Source: Tubulanus polymorphus
Lineage: Eukaryota > Animalia > Nemertea
Direction: 5' to 3'
DNA length: 64,000 nucleotides
NCBI RefSeq assembly: GCF_964204645.1
Contig: NC_134030.1
Coordinates: 22,838,210 to 22,902,209 of the forward strand
Part shown: positions 1 to 13,300 of the stretch, piece after piece
Layout of the letters: each line of letters opens with the position of its first letter
How positions within the stretch are numbered: position 1 is the stretch's first letter
Notes under the pieces: model-generated
Told to the model about the DNA's origin: nothing
The model's database searches: none
Seen by the model: the letters and a program-made list of their open reading frames with translations, nothing else
Program-made: the position numbers and the translations under genes

Positions 1-38
1 TCCTAAATTATTATTAAAATGTCATTCATTTTTCTCGG

Positions 39-165
39 CCAATACGAGGTCACGTGATGCGCGCTGAACCGGTTTAAACCAGTTTCGCTATCTCTACTTA
101 GATATGCAGATTTTGTTACATTTTAGCCAATCAGTGACGAGTGCGACTGATTATGCGTCCAATCA
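39..165 (+). promoter_or_regulatory. HPS6 proximal promoter with CLEAR/E-box-like GTCACGTGAT (49-58) and CCAAT boxes
   Basis: GTCACGTGAT at 49-58 and CCAAT at about 39, 128 and 159, lying 170-300 nt upstream of the ATG at 336. Confidence 0.5.
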
Positions 166-335
166 CTGATGAGGATGTTTTAGGAGCTGGACCTTGTGTT
201 TACGTCATAAAATATCAATTATCAAATCAAATCAATTGCTATAAGATATTCCAAGTCTCTGATACACACGCGTTTACCATATTCAATCGGGGAATCAATT
301 GATTTTAGTAAAGCTCCGCAGTTTATAGAGCGAAG

Positions 336-3300
336 ATGGATTATAACAGTTGGACATGTGTAAGTTTACTGACCCCAATAGTTAGATAATGTAAAATGTA
401 ACGCATTGTTCGACCATTCTTGTCGTACGTGGCGTTGTACCATAGATAGACCTCTTATACAACTGGTATGTCTTCAAACCTAGAGGTGCTCGCAAATGTC
501 TCCCGTAAAATCAGACAAATATCACATGTACCTCTTGTGAGTTACACATATTTTAAATAGTTCAAGATGTAACTGGGTAAAGGTGAGTTTGTCGTAGTTT
601 TAATAAAGTCAAACATTAAAATATTTGCCACCAATTTTATGTTGATTTTATATCAACAATTTTCTGACCCAAATTTGAAAATTTTAGTGAAAATTTTATT
701 GACGACTTCAAAATATTTTCTGAAAGTGGTGAAAACCACTTTCAAGAATCAATTCATTTATTTTTCTAAATTGTATGATTTTATTTGTAATCATTGAGAA
801 ATTGCTCTCGTATTTTCTTCTTGCGCTGTTTTATTTTGAACTCACTCCAGACACGTTTTCGATCATTTATTCATGATTCTAGGTAAGTTTGAAACTCGCA
901 CCGACCGGAACTGGTAAGCGAGGACAATTCAATTCAATTTATTGACGTAATTTCTTTTCGGTTTTAGCCGGTATTTAGTACAGCTATGACCGGAACCGGG
1001 AAGTTGATTCGGGTTTTCCCCGATCAGATCCAGGCCGATGTAATTTATAGTATGTATGTAGAATTTAATTTCAAAGCAAGCCTTCCCCTTACGACGATAT
1101 TTCAAAAAGATGTTTAAGATTGAACATTTGCCGTCAAAATATCCGTTCAGAAATATAAAGGTAGGTAGAGCAGTTCAGCTGAAACATTATAAATTGCCAT
1201 TCATTAACTCGGCTCAGTTAGTTACCTAATCGTTGGTGGTAAGCTTTTTATAATCGGATGGGCTTATACCTTATACTTATGTGGTTTGTGAAAATATCCG
1301 ATCGTGAAACTAAACCACAGTCAGGTTACTGACTATAACTCGGCTATGTATACGATGTAAGGCCTCTAAGTCTTCTAAGCCTAAGTCGGCTCTTAGTTGA
1401 GTCTTAAGTCTATTAGTAGGGCCTAGTAGACGCCAATAAGTCTGTTAGTCTTTTAGTTAGTTACCTAATCGTTGGTGGTAAGCTTTTTATAATCGGATGG
1501 GCTTATTCCTTATACTTATGTGGTTTGTGAAAATATCCGATCGTGAAACTAAACCACAGTCAGGTTACTGACTATTAGTCTTTAGTCTTTATTTAGTAGG
1601 CTCGTGTCCCCATGGGGAACAAGGATGCTAAATTGTCACTGTTTTTGGGTCCGCGGACACTTGAATATGGGCCTTGATACTGGAAAATTGATTGACAGTT
1701 AGCAATACTAGATATTTTTGATAAAATGTAACGGAAGCCTTAACTTAAGTATTTGAATGGTATATTGAAATATATCATTGTTATTACAGAAATTGCAGGA
1801 TCTGTTATGCAGCAGTGATAGACAGTCTGACAGCAGCAGTAATAGACAGTCTGACAGCAGCAGTGATAGACAGTCTGACAGCAGCAGTAATAGACAGTCT
1901 GACAGCAGCAGTAATAGACAGTCTGACAGCAGCAGTAATAGACAGTCTGACAGCAGCAGTGCTAGACAGTCTGACACTACTAGTAGTGATTCTATATCAT
2001 GGATTCAGTATATTCCTGGACATGTTTTTGTTTGTTTGGAAAATGGACATCAACTTGTGACATTTGATATTGATTTACAGGTAATTGTTTTCAGTTTCTA
2101 GTAGTAGTCGTCGGGATGTAATCTTCCAACCATACTGCTACAAAACAGGCACCAAAACCAATCCTCTCAATTCTGACACAACATTTAAAAGCAGTTTTCT
2201 AGGGCCAGTTCTATAGTCAAAAGTAGCAGTCTTTAATATTGAGACTGATCTCTAAAGTTGTTTGATTGGCTTTAGAACTAGAGATGGTTTTATGTGTAAG
2301 CCATATAACTATGGAGCCGGCCCCTGGGGGTATAACTAGTTTGTGTCAGGTTAATTTATTCTGACATATGGTGCAAAACAGCTGTGAAAAAAGGTGCAAA
2401 CACAAAATGTCTTGTATTATCTATTTCTTTAAACTGACGCATAGTCTGATAGCGAAGGGTGGTCATTGAACTGAAAAACTCAGGGAATCTAGAAACATCT
2501 GGAAGAAAAAAATCAGTGGAAACTGGGAATTTGACAAATTTTACCAACAATTCAGGGAATTCAGATAATGCTGTTGATCACGTTTGTCTTTATCAATACG
2601 TGATTTAATGAAAAATGAATGAATTGTTGAATTTTCAATCTAGCGATTTCTCTGATTCACTCTACTACTAGACTTGATGAAAATTCTCATTATATATCTT
2701 CAGGAAACTGGTAACAATGGCGGCAGTTTGAATGAGGAGCTAAATCGAACTTTTCAAACAGACCAGAAACTGATTAGATTGATAGTTCAACCACATTTAC
2801 ACAATACAGTCTTATTAGTTAGTATTATCAGTGACTTCTGAGTGATTGGAGTCAGGACTCTTCAACCCCCCTTCACTATAGTCTCCTCTCTTTCCTGTGT
2901 TTGCATGAAATGGCAAATTGTCAATGTTACAGATTTTACTGAATGGTGACATAGAGATTTGGAATTATAAATCAGCGATGTTAGGATGGAGTTTATCCGG
3001 TCAGTTTCGACTGTGTTCGCAAACAGGTTGGACGATCTCTACCGCCGAACTTCATCACAAACACAACGCCATCTACTGGTGCGAACACAAACAACATCTC
3101 GATGACGTCGAGTGGAGAATCTGTCGCAGGAGGCTGCCGAATAACGGTAAGACTAGAACGGGGTCGTGGACTGTAGAAATGGATCCAGAACTGTGGAACT
3201 GAGTCCAGAACTGTGTAACTGGATTCAGAACTGTGGAACTGGGTCCAGAACTGTGGAACTGAGTCCAGAACTGTGGAACTGGGTCCAGAACTGTGGAACT

Positions 3301-6300
3301 GGGTCCAGAACTGTGTAACTGGATTCAGAACTGTGGAACTGGGTTCAGAACTGTGGAACTGGGTCTAGAACTGTGGAACTGGGTTCAGAACTGTGGAACT
3401 GAGTTGTAGTTATTTGATGATATGATTTGTTTATATTTTTAGACAGTGGAAGCTGGAATCATTTCACAGTTGGTGAATTTGAGATTCTACTCGATAATTC
3501 TCCTGAATGCGACCTATTTATTCAAAAAAATTCATTACTTATCAGTCCCAGGTAAGCAAACAACTTAAATCAGTTGTTCACCCAATTCTACAGTTGTTTA
3601 TCCAATTCTACAGTTGTTTATCCAATTATACAGTTGTTTACCCAATTCTAAAGTTGTGTACCTGACAAAAACTGTTGATAATTATGGATATAATTATGAA
3701 TATAATTATTTGTAGGATTCCAGAAGGTTTATATCTGCGATGGTTGAATGATGATAGTTTGATGGAATTGTATCATTACGATGTTGGTCGTCTGCAACAG
3801 TTTCAAACTAATCAACAACCTGTAGATTTTACACAATTAATACTGACTGAAATATCTACAAGAGGAATGGTGAGTCTTATCACAGATATAACACAACACC
3901 AGTACCGGGTTCTTCTGCACCAAGTTCCACAAGTTCATGTCCCAGAATTTGGGTTGCTTTCTCTATTTAGGACCTTAGTGAAAGCAACCAAAATTCTTGC
4001 GTCAAATACGCTACCGGTTAAATGTAGCCTGAAAAGCCAGTTGTACAAGTCTGGATCCAGTTACATGGTTCACAGAATCTTGACTGTCAAACTAGATCTA
4101 GAACTGTGGAACTGAGTACACAACTGTGGAACTGAGTCCAGAACTGTGGAACTGAGTACACAACTGTGGAACTGAGTCCAGAACTGTGGAACTGAGTACA
4201 CAACTGTAGAACTGAGTCCAGAACTGTGGAACTGAGTACACAACTGTAGAACTGAGTTCAGAACTGTGAAACTGGATCCAGAACTGGGTACACAACTGTG
4301 AAACTGGATCCAGAACTGGGTACACAACTGTGAAACTGGATCCAGAACTGGGTACACAACTGTGAAACTGGATCCAGAACTGGAGACAGAACTGTGGAAC
4401 TGGAGACAGAACTGTGGAACTGGATCCAGAACTGAAACTGGATCCAGAACTGGACACAGAACTGTGGAACTGAGTCCAGAACTGTGGAATTGGGTCCAGA
4501 ACTGTGGAACTGAGTCTAGAAATATGGCATTGAGTCCTGATCTATTTCTAAACACTAGCCTTGATTGAAATATAAAATTGTATATTTCAGTTGAATACCT
4601 GCTGCAGCCCAATCAAAATAATCCCAGATTTCAGAAGAGAAGATGTTTATTTTATAGATTCAACGACTCAAATTAAAACTCTCAACTCTGATGGAAGTAA
4701 GTGGTGAATAATCTCGATTAAACCGGTTGTTTCACCGAATGTATTTCACAGATCTCCGATAAACCGATAAAACTGGTTTAATTGTAATGAATTTGTTGTA
4801 ATTGTAGATTTTCTGGTCTCGTGTCAGCTGCAGATCAGCCGCGAAACTTTGAAGGAAGGAAAGTTTTTCACGTTTGCGGGAATTTTAGGAATTCTGTTTA
4901 AAACAACTTTCAGGTAAACAACATTAAATTCATCGGTTTCAATTATTACATTATTTCGACTGTTTTTAAACGGCTTTTTGTTTTGTTTAGTTTTTACAGT
5001 CTGGCGACGGGTATGCATGTTTTTGAGATGGCCCCCATTATGAGTTCGATATTCGGTGATAATTTGAGAATGTGGAACACTATGACATCATCGCGTCAAT
5101 CAGTCGGGTTTTACACGAGTAAATCTGTTTGTGAAATAATTCCACTTCAAAATCAATACCAGGTTTGTGAACAGAAATAGGATCCACAGTTTTGTACCCA
5201 ATTCCACAAGTTCATGTCCATGTTCCACTGTTCAGGATACAGTTCCACAGTTCTGAACTCAGTTCCACAGTTCAGAGCCCAGTTCCACAGTTCAGGACCG
5301 CAGTTCCACAGTAGTTCTGGAGCTAGTTCCACAGTAATGAACTCAGTTCCACAGTTCTGGAGCTAGTTCCACAGTTATGAACTCAGTTCCACGGTAATGA
5401 ACTCAGTTCCACTGTGGAACTGGATCCTGTTGGTAACCTCTTTGACAGTAGCTACAAATTACCGAAGTGAATGATGAATATTTTAGATGGATGCTGGATT
5501 AAAGAATGGTGGATGTTGTTTAAATGGTTTTGATGAGTCGTTTAGTTTAGCGTTACCTGTAACCAATCTGTGCAGTGAGGTAAAAAGAACAAAATAAGTT
5601 TTACAGAAAATCTTTCTGTCTTTAATAATTTGTGTCGGAATTTGTTAAACTTCGTTTTAAATTTCAGGTTGAGATGGCGCCACCGGAGAGAATGAAAAGG
5701 AATTTATTGATCGAGAAGAATAAGTCTGGAACTTTGCCAATAACGCAACTGAATTTACAAACTCAAAAATTCGTCGATACGTTTTTGAAAGCGGAGGAAA
5801 ATTTTGTGATTCATTGCACCGAATTACAGGTTAGTGCCTCCCTCAATCCGACCTCTTACTACCTCCACCCTACTCCTTACTCTCTGTTATCCCAGAACTG
5901 TACAGTGTTAAGGTTAGAGCCTCCATCAACTGACACCCAAAGTCCAGTTCCACAGTCATGAGGTAGAGTTAGTTACCTCTGAGTTAAGATTTGATCAGGA
6001 GACAAGAACTGGGTCCAGATCCACAGTTGTCAGCTTTATGTTGACTTTAAAATAGTTAAAATGCGTTTATTTCTAATATTATATTTAAAATCTTCTAATT
6101 TCAACTGACCACACTTAAGATAGTTAACAAAGATTATTCGCAGATCTGGACAGATTGATTTGAATTGAATCCTAACTTAGAAATTAACTTCAATTGAGTT
6201 TAATTCCCAACTACGGAACTTAAGAACTGAGTCCTCGGGGTTGTTTTTTAACGAGACCCTGATATCCTATTTAGAGTACCGGTACTCACTACTTGTAATC

Positions 6301-9300
6301 AATTTAGAGCGAAATCTGTCTGATGATTTCAGGGCGATAAAGTTGAACAGCAGCAGCAGCAGGCAGTGATCGAAGGTCAGATTTATGAATTGTTCACATC
6401 AAATAGTTACTCATTGAGTAAAAGACAACATGAAATTGAGCGTTTACAGAACAGTCGACCGCGCAACGTTTTAAAAACTATTCAAACTATCTTACAGTTG
6501 AACGATGAAGGTAAGAATGAAACCATCAAATTTAACAACTAGACTTATCTCAAACAGGTCTGTTGTAACGAGAGAAATCCCACAATTACGAAGCCAAGAT
6601 TGAAAAATTCTATATCAAGATGATTATATTTGAGGAGCGACGTTTCGGCTAACAACTGTTAGCCATCATCAGGAGTACTGATGGGTTCAGCAGGGGTTCT
6701 TTGAATCGGGTCAGTTGTACGGTCATAGCTTAGATTTAAGACCAGTCTAAGCTTGTCTTAGTTCTATAATCAATTTAACAGCTTAAGACCATTCTTAGGC
6801 TCATCTTCATATAGCCAATCATACAACTTAAGACCATGCTAGAATTTAAAGATGACTTCTGGACATGATTGCAAATGAGCCCTGTAATTATATGCATTGG
6901 ATATTCTATGCCTGGTCTTATTTTGTTTGACCTGTTTTGAGCGAAGCACAGTCTTATCTTTAAGTCTCAACCGTGGAACTGGACCAATGTAATTCTGGTT
7001 TTATCTTGAGTCTCAACTTATATCAACATACTTCCAATTGTAGCTACTGACAGTAAGGCTGATACGAGCGTATGGAAGGCAGCTCTGGCAGTTGAGTATG
7101 ACCGCAGCGCTTTATGTCTCCCATTGTTTGATTTGACTTGTCAACTTTTATATGAATTACAGCCTGAAATATTGGTAAGATTTAGTGTTTAACTAAACGA
7201 TGTATGGAGTCACTGCATGTTTGGAAATTTAACTCATAAAGTCAAACATGACTTAATAATCTGATCCAAAAACACGAATGTAATGGAATTTGATCTTTTT
7301 CGCTTTTTGTAGGAAAACTTTTTAGCCTTGTCCGATAGAATATGCGACCAGTTTGTCTTGTCGACAGGGGGCAGCACGTTCAAGAAAAAGGTCAGTATAA
7401 TCTCGGTATAATTTTGTAGTTATGGACCCAGTTCCACAGTTCTGTGTTAAGATTTGACTCAGAGTTAACTCATTGAAAATGAACTAACTAACTAGTTAAT
7501 GAACTTAACTCAGACTTAACTCTAACTCACAACTGTGGAACTGGGTCCTGGAGTTTTTGATTGTGGAACCTTTCCGGCCAATCATGAATATTAAATTCAA
7601 GGTAAACAGGAGATCCACCACTACACACATGCTAGAGTGGGTCCCGAAATGGGGATTGTTTGCTTGGAGATTTTTTTTAGGAAATCATGCAAATTGTGTT
7701 TGTATTTTTATAGGTTAGTGTTTACAACAGAGCCGCAATTTGCATCTTATCTAGAATTTCTGATCCTGAAAATAAAACTGCTATCATCGTTAAATCCAGA
7801 ATATTATTGAACAGGTAATCAAAATACTTTATCTTTTCTTATTCCAACGCTTCAAACAGTTTAATCCGGTTTGATACCTGTGAAACTCACTGTAGTGGGT
7901 GATGGTCATTATGTTGATGACTTAAACTTAAAAGTAAATTGAATTAGAAATTAGTCATTATGATTTGAACTTTAGAGTAAATAGAATTAAAAATACTAAT
8001 TGATTCTCAAAAATAGAGATGACTTCAATAATGTGACGACTTGTTCTTATGACGACTTACACTTAGTAAATTGAATTAGAAATACAAATTGAGACTATAA
8101 TAGAAATGACTTCAGTAATGTGACGACTTATTCAAATGATGACTTACACTTAAGAATAAATTGAATTAGAAATACAAATGAGACTGAAAATACGAAATGA
8201 CTTCAGTAATTTGACGACTTATCAAACTGAGATGACTTTTGACTGTAATTCATAATTCTCATTAATTAATTGTGTTAATTGATGTTTGTCTCTACAGTGA
8301 TATAGCTCACAGTCAGTATCAAGCGTTGAGACTGCTGCTAGAACACGATTTATTTGAAGAAAGCGTTGAATTAGTGGAGAAATTATCAAACAATGATGAA
8401 CTACACTGTGAACTATACAGTGTAATATTCATTGAGTTATTACAGGTAAATATACCGCAACCCTCCATCAAACAACACACCCCTTCAAAATATCTTAGAC
8501 TGTCCCCTCCATAGACAACCCCCCCTTAAAACATAGACTTACCCCTTCATAGACATCCCCCCTTCAAAACATCTTAGACTGTCCCCTCCATAGACAACCC
8601 CCCTTAAAACATAGACTTACCCCTTCATAGACATCCCCCCTTCAAAACATCTTAGACTTACCCCTTCATAGACATCCCCCCTTCAAAACATCTTAGACTT
8701 ACCCCTTCATAGACATCCCCCCTTCAAAATATCTTAGACTTACCCCTTCATAGACATCCCCCCTTCAAAATATCTTAGACTGTCCCCTCCATAGACAACC
8801 CCCCCCTTAAAACATAGACTTACCCCTTCATAGACATCCCCCCTTCAAAACATCTTAGACTGTCCCCTCCATAGACCTTTAAACATCTTAGACTAACCTC
8901 AACCCTCCATAGACAACCCCCCCTTAAAACATCTTAGACTAACCCCTCCATAGACAACCCCCCCTTAAAACATAGACTTACCCCTTCGTAGACAACCCCC
9001 CCTTAAAACATCTTAGACTAACCTCTTCATAGACAACTCCCCCCCTTAAAACAAATTAGACTAACCCCTTCATAGACAACCCCCCTTCAAAACATGTTAG
9101 ACTGTCCCATCCATAGACCTTTTAATATCGTAGACGAACCCCTCTCCATAGACAACCCCCCTTCAAAACATCCAACTTATTCCAACCCACTTGAATATCC
9201 CCTCTGAAGTCTGAAATTATATCTGCTCAATTGATAAACTTTATTTCTTTTTTTTCCTTTCAGAAAAACTGCCTGAAGAAATTCATCAACAGAATTATGG

Positions 9301-9711
9301 AACTTTTACCTTTCAATATGACGTAAGATATTATTAAAAACCCAATTGATCGTATAATCTAATTAATTTAGTGAATAATTTAAACTACGGGGTTTGTAGT
9401 TGCTCTTAAGATGGTTAAGGATAACTGGTGGTCAAATGTACCATGGCAAAAATGCGATTCCAATTGTCACTATTTCCGTTTTTAACATCCGTGGGCAATT
9501 CATAAAATCTTGAAGACGTTTTTTATTAGTGAAAATGAGTAAAAATGTGTCGTTTTATTTTTGTAGGGTGAATCATTTATTGGGATTGTTAGAAAGAATC
9601 AAATGTTTGAATCGTGATTCAGTGTTTGCCAGAGATTCTGAGGCTGAGATTACTGTAGCTGATATCTGTCCTTATTTACTGACCAGACTAACATCCCAGT
9701 CCGGTCGCTAG
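336..9711 (+). CDS. HPS6: BLOC-2 complex member HPS6 homologue, about 18 coding exons
   Basis: Phase-consistent GT-AG exons: 336-359 (MDYNSWTC), 1790-2080, 2704-2817, 2933-3146, ~3443-3551, and onward to ~9568-9711. Spliced segments ILLNGDIEIW..GWSLSGQFRLC..IYWCEHK..WRICRRRL, GEFEILLDNSPECDLF..LLISP and the C-terminal HCELYSVIFIELL..ITVADICPYLL parallel HPS6 motifs as I recall them (LVWCEER, HVLLHHCPAF, SEIFKLLL, LTVGLLKALL). No database search was run. Confidence 0.75.
1215..1335 (-). mobile_element. Internally deleted Mutator-like non-autonomous element, copy 1
   Basis: Ends (c/t)agttagttacc...ggttactgacta, flanked by the 10-bp direct repeat TAACTCGGCT (1205-1214 and 1336-1345). Both ends match the 848-bp element at 10465-11312. 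Confidence 0.7.
1454..1574 (-). mobile_element. Internally deleted Mutator-like non-autonomous element, copy 2
   Basis: Near-identical to 1215-1335 but with its own 9-bp TSD TTAGTCTTT (1445-1453 and 1575-1583), so it is an independent insertion. Confidence 0.7.
1810..1977 (+). repeat. 24-nt tandem repeat, about 7 copies, inside predicted HPS6 exon 2
   Basis: Unit cagcagtaatagacagtctgacag, encoding (SSSNRQSD)n in the HPS6 frame. Confidence 0.9.
3180..3403 (+). repeat. 20-nt minisatellite GAACTGTGGAACTGGGTCCA (intronic family)
   Basis: Direct tandem array. The same family occurs at 4087-4520, 5200-5430(-), 13328-13795(-), 22921-23075, 29540-30026 (composite), 59400-59680(-) and 62550-63070(-). 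Confidence 0.95.
4087..4520 (+). repeat. 20-nt GAACTGTGGAACTG minisatellite array
   Basis: Tandem units visible directly. It is the source of spurious ORFs 4070-4612, 4098-4457 and 4362-4568. Confidence 0.95.
6639..6672 (-). ncRNA. Minimal hammerhead ribozyme core (Penelope-like fragment), antisense to HPS6
   Basis: Minus strand reads CUGAUGA-U-GGCUAAC-AGUU-GUUAGCC-GAAA-CG-UC with a perfect 7-bp stem II. Stem I is only 1 bp, so it is probably truncated or inactive. Confidence 0.6.
7424..7548. mobile_element. MITE with TIR GGACCCAGTTCCACAGTT (Harbinger-like)
   Basis: 18-bp terminal inverted repeats. Related copies at ~16072-16175, ~16202-16300 and 21335-21448 (CTG TSD). Confidence 0.75.
8460..9175 (+). 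repeat. About 40-nt C-rich minisatellite (cccttcatagacatcccccttcaaaacatcttagact)
   Basis: Degenerate tandem array in an HPS6 intron. Confidence 0.9.
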
Positions 9712-9873
9712 CCCTACCCCCCCCTCAAAACCCATCCCCTGCGGAACAGTACAGATTTATTATTGTTTAAGTTATTTTGAGATGATTATAATTTGTAAAA
9801 AAAAGTATATAGGAAGCATTTGTATGAAAAATATATTTATGAGTTCTGTGAAATTCATCATCAGAATTGTGTT

Positions 9874-9890
9874 GCTGCCCCCTAGTGGCG
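9874..9890 (-). promoter_or_regulatory. CTCF-like motif between HPS6 and DNPEP
   Basis: Minus strand CGCCACTAGGGGGCAGC matches the CTCF core consensus CCACYAGRKGGCR. Confidence 0.5.
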
Positions 9891-10347
9891 ATTGTTTAAT
9901 GCTGGGAGTGGTTTCGTCGACACAAACAGATGCAGATGCAGTTTTAATGCGGGTCATTTTCGGCCGTATGTTATTCATCCTAGGTTTAAATACCGACAGT
10001 CCCGCGGGTTTCTTAAGTTTAGCGAATAAACCGAAATTGAATTGTTTGCCTAATAAAGTCAAACTTGAATTGAATTGAATGCGACTCGGGGGTACCCGAA
10101 ATAGCTACTTCAGTTCCGGTTTACTTCCGGGTTTCCCAGTTTTTGACAGTTCTAAAGTAGAAGACGCTCAGGGTAAGTTTTATCGAGTTCTAAAATCGAG
10201 TATTTAATTCGGAATTGATGTACGTGGTGATGATTTAAAGAGTTTTAAATCTCGTTTCAGTTGTTCTATTTCCCGCTGCTGACTGTGCCACTACTCTACT
10301 CTTCTTGTCTCCTGATCTACGATTCTCTGAAGAAAGTGAAAATCAAA

Positions 10348-13300
10348 ATGTCTAAAGACTCTGTTGTTTCTTCCGCTAAGAGGTTTTTGGCTTACGTCAA
10401 TAAATCTCCGTCACCTTTTCATGGTAAGATTGTCGGCGTTGACTGATTGGGGACTGGGGATGGTTAGTCAGTAACCTGTCTGTGGTTTAGTTTCACGATC
10501 GGATATTTTCACAAACCACAGTCAGGAATGGGAAGGTCATTTTTGTATGAAATCTTCGTCAGCCAATTTGACTGACGAGTAATTTGCCTGGCATTTCATT
10601 GTCTCTTAAGATATCTGTCTCATTTTTGTTGTAATCGACGCACAACAGATTCGTAGTTTGTCTGATACCTATAACACCTCACCTGACGATCTTAATCCAT
10701 GTGCAAATCGGCCGTAAAGTGAGAGTAAATTTCCGTCCAGTCAACAGCTGCCATTTTGAAAATTACTGGAGGTGCTGGCACCTGTGGACTGAGGCCAGGA
10801 CAACAGCACAAACTAACGAAGCGAAACGACGAAATTTAAAAAAATTAAGAAATCAACACTTATACACATTTTTCTTTTACCAGAAATTTATTGTTTCATT
10901 ATTCGTTATGGAAAACACGAAGATTTGAAATACAAGTTGGAAAACCATCAAAAATAAAAATTGTCGTTTCGTCTTGGAAGTTTTATATAAATCCTTGTAG
11001 GTCCCCTTGTCTTATCATGCCACATGTGCAATACAGAGAAATGGCGGCCAATGGCGAAATTTGTGGAGAAATTAATTAATTTCTCCAAATAATGTTGATT
11101 AATCACTCGAAACATACATAAAATTGGATTATTTCGAAAGGTACCTGTGTTAGTTTGTGAATTAAGCCATTAATTGTAGACTGAAGTGAATAGAAAGTAT
11201 ATTTTTGAAGTGTTACTTTTTTCAACCGTGTTTTGGTCCTTGTCATCCCTAACGTTGGTATAAGCCCATCCGATTATAAAAAGCTTACCACCAACGATTA
11301 GGTAACTAACTAGGGGATGGTCTGAGTGTGACGTTGGTCATTTTTGAAAGATAGATGGGCCAAGAGTAGAGGTGTTTGATAGGAGAGAGTGAGTGGTTCT
11401 AGGTCATGTAGGTTCTGTTACTGCTGCATCCAAATACACAGCAGGAGAGAGTGAAATAAATGTTAGGCACTGGAGTCTGTGTAGCGTAGAGGGCGACTAG
11501 GAATCCCTCTGGAGTTGGTTGGGTGACTTTAAATCTCACTGAGGGGATTCCAGTCAACTGTAAATCTGATGAAGAATGAGTGTTTTAATTGGTTGGCCCT
11601 TTAGGGAACAGCGAAGCACTGGGTTTGGTTTATCATTTCTCTTTCTACTGCGTAGTAATCACTTTGATTGTTCTACCTGGCTGTGGTTAGCGTTGAGGGC
11701 GGCAGTCTGTTCTAGGCTGACATTTATAGGTGATTGACTCGGATTCTTCTTACTTTATCTTTTAGCTGTTGAAGAATGCCAGAAATTATTGTTATCGGCC
11801 GGATTTAAAGAGATCAAAGAATCAGAAACCTGGAACATTCAACCTCTAGATAAGGTACAAACAATGATGTCATAGGGGGATTTATGGAGGTAGACATCTT
11901 TTCTGAAAGTGTCTATAGATCAAATCACTAGTAGACAATTTGATGATGTCATAGTGGGATTTATGGAGGTAGACATCTTTTCTGGAAGTGTCTATAGATC
12001 AAATCACTAGTAGACAATTTGATGATGTCATAGGGGGATTTATGAAGGCAGACATCTTTTCTGGAAGTGTCTATAGATCAAATCACTAGTAGACAATTTG
12101 ATGATGTCATAGGGGGATTTATGAAGGCAGACATCTTTTCTAGAAGTGTCTATAGATCAAATCACTAGTAGACAATTTGATGATGTCATAGGGGGATTTA
12201 TGAAGGCAGACATCTTTTCTGGAAGTGTCTATAGATCAAATCACTAGTAGACAATTTGATGATGTCATAGGGGGATTAATGTAGGCAGACATTTGAAATG
12301 AAAAATTGTCTTAAATAGTGAAATTGTAAGCCACAATAATCATGAGAACTATTTTCTAATTAATGACTCTGATTTTAATTGATTATTAATTCTAATTACT
12401 GATGTTGTTTTATTTTCTAGTATTTCGTAACGAGGAATAAATCATCTATAATCGCGTTCGCGGTCGGTGGTAACTATAAACCGGGTAATGGATTCAGTAT
12501 CGTAGGAGCTCATACCGATAGTCCGTGTTTAAAGGTACGGGTCAGGTTTCACTAAAAACGGTTTTCATAAATGGACTCTTTTTTGAGTGAATTTAGGAAC
12601 TGAAAGGTTTATTGAGAGCCTTAAATATATAATTGAAAAACTTGTTAGGCCTATAGAATTGATTTAACTTTTGAACTTAATTTTTCGACAAGTTTATACA
12701 AATACTGGACCTACTAGTGAGATAAACAGTAAACCCTCCTCCCTCCTCTCATCCTCCCCTTTCCTCCCTATCTTTCCCTCCTCTCCCCTCTCCCTCCTCC
12801 TCTCCCTCTCCTGGCTCTCCCTCTCCTCTCTCTCTCCTCTCCCTATCTCCCCTCTCTCTCCGTCTCCTGGCTCTCCCTCTTGCTCCCCCGCTCAGGATCA
12901 GAGTCAAGTGATTTTCATATTTCAGGTGAAACCGGTTTCGAAGAAAGTGAACAATGGATATTTACAAGTTGGTGTTCAGTGTTATGGAGGTGGAACGTGG
13001 CATACATGGTTCGATAGAGATCTAACAGTCGCTGGTCGACTTATTGTTCAAGTATGTCAGTCATTAATATTAACGAGTGAAGCCCCGCCCTCGATTATGT
13101 AAATTAGATGTAAATGAGATGTTGTGTTTACAGGACGGTGATAGATTGACACATCGTCTGGTTCACGTTGAGCGTCCGATTTTACGAGTTCCGAATATAG
13201 CGATTCATTTACAACGAGACATGAACGAGAAATTCAGCCCTAATAAAGAGACACATCTGTGAGTATCCACCATCCACACTTAATTCCACCATTCATCTCC

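Noticed and set aside
4070-4612. Repetitive ORFs (also 61561-61968, 62558-63161, 16884-17417, 29804-30094)
   Set aside because: All are translations of tandem repeats lying in introns or UTRs.
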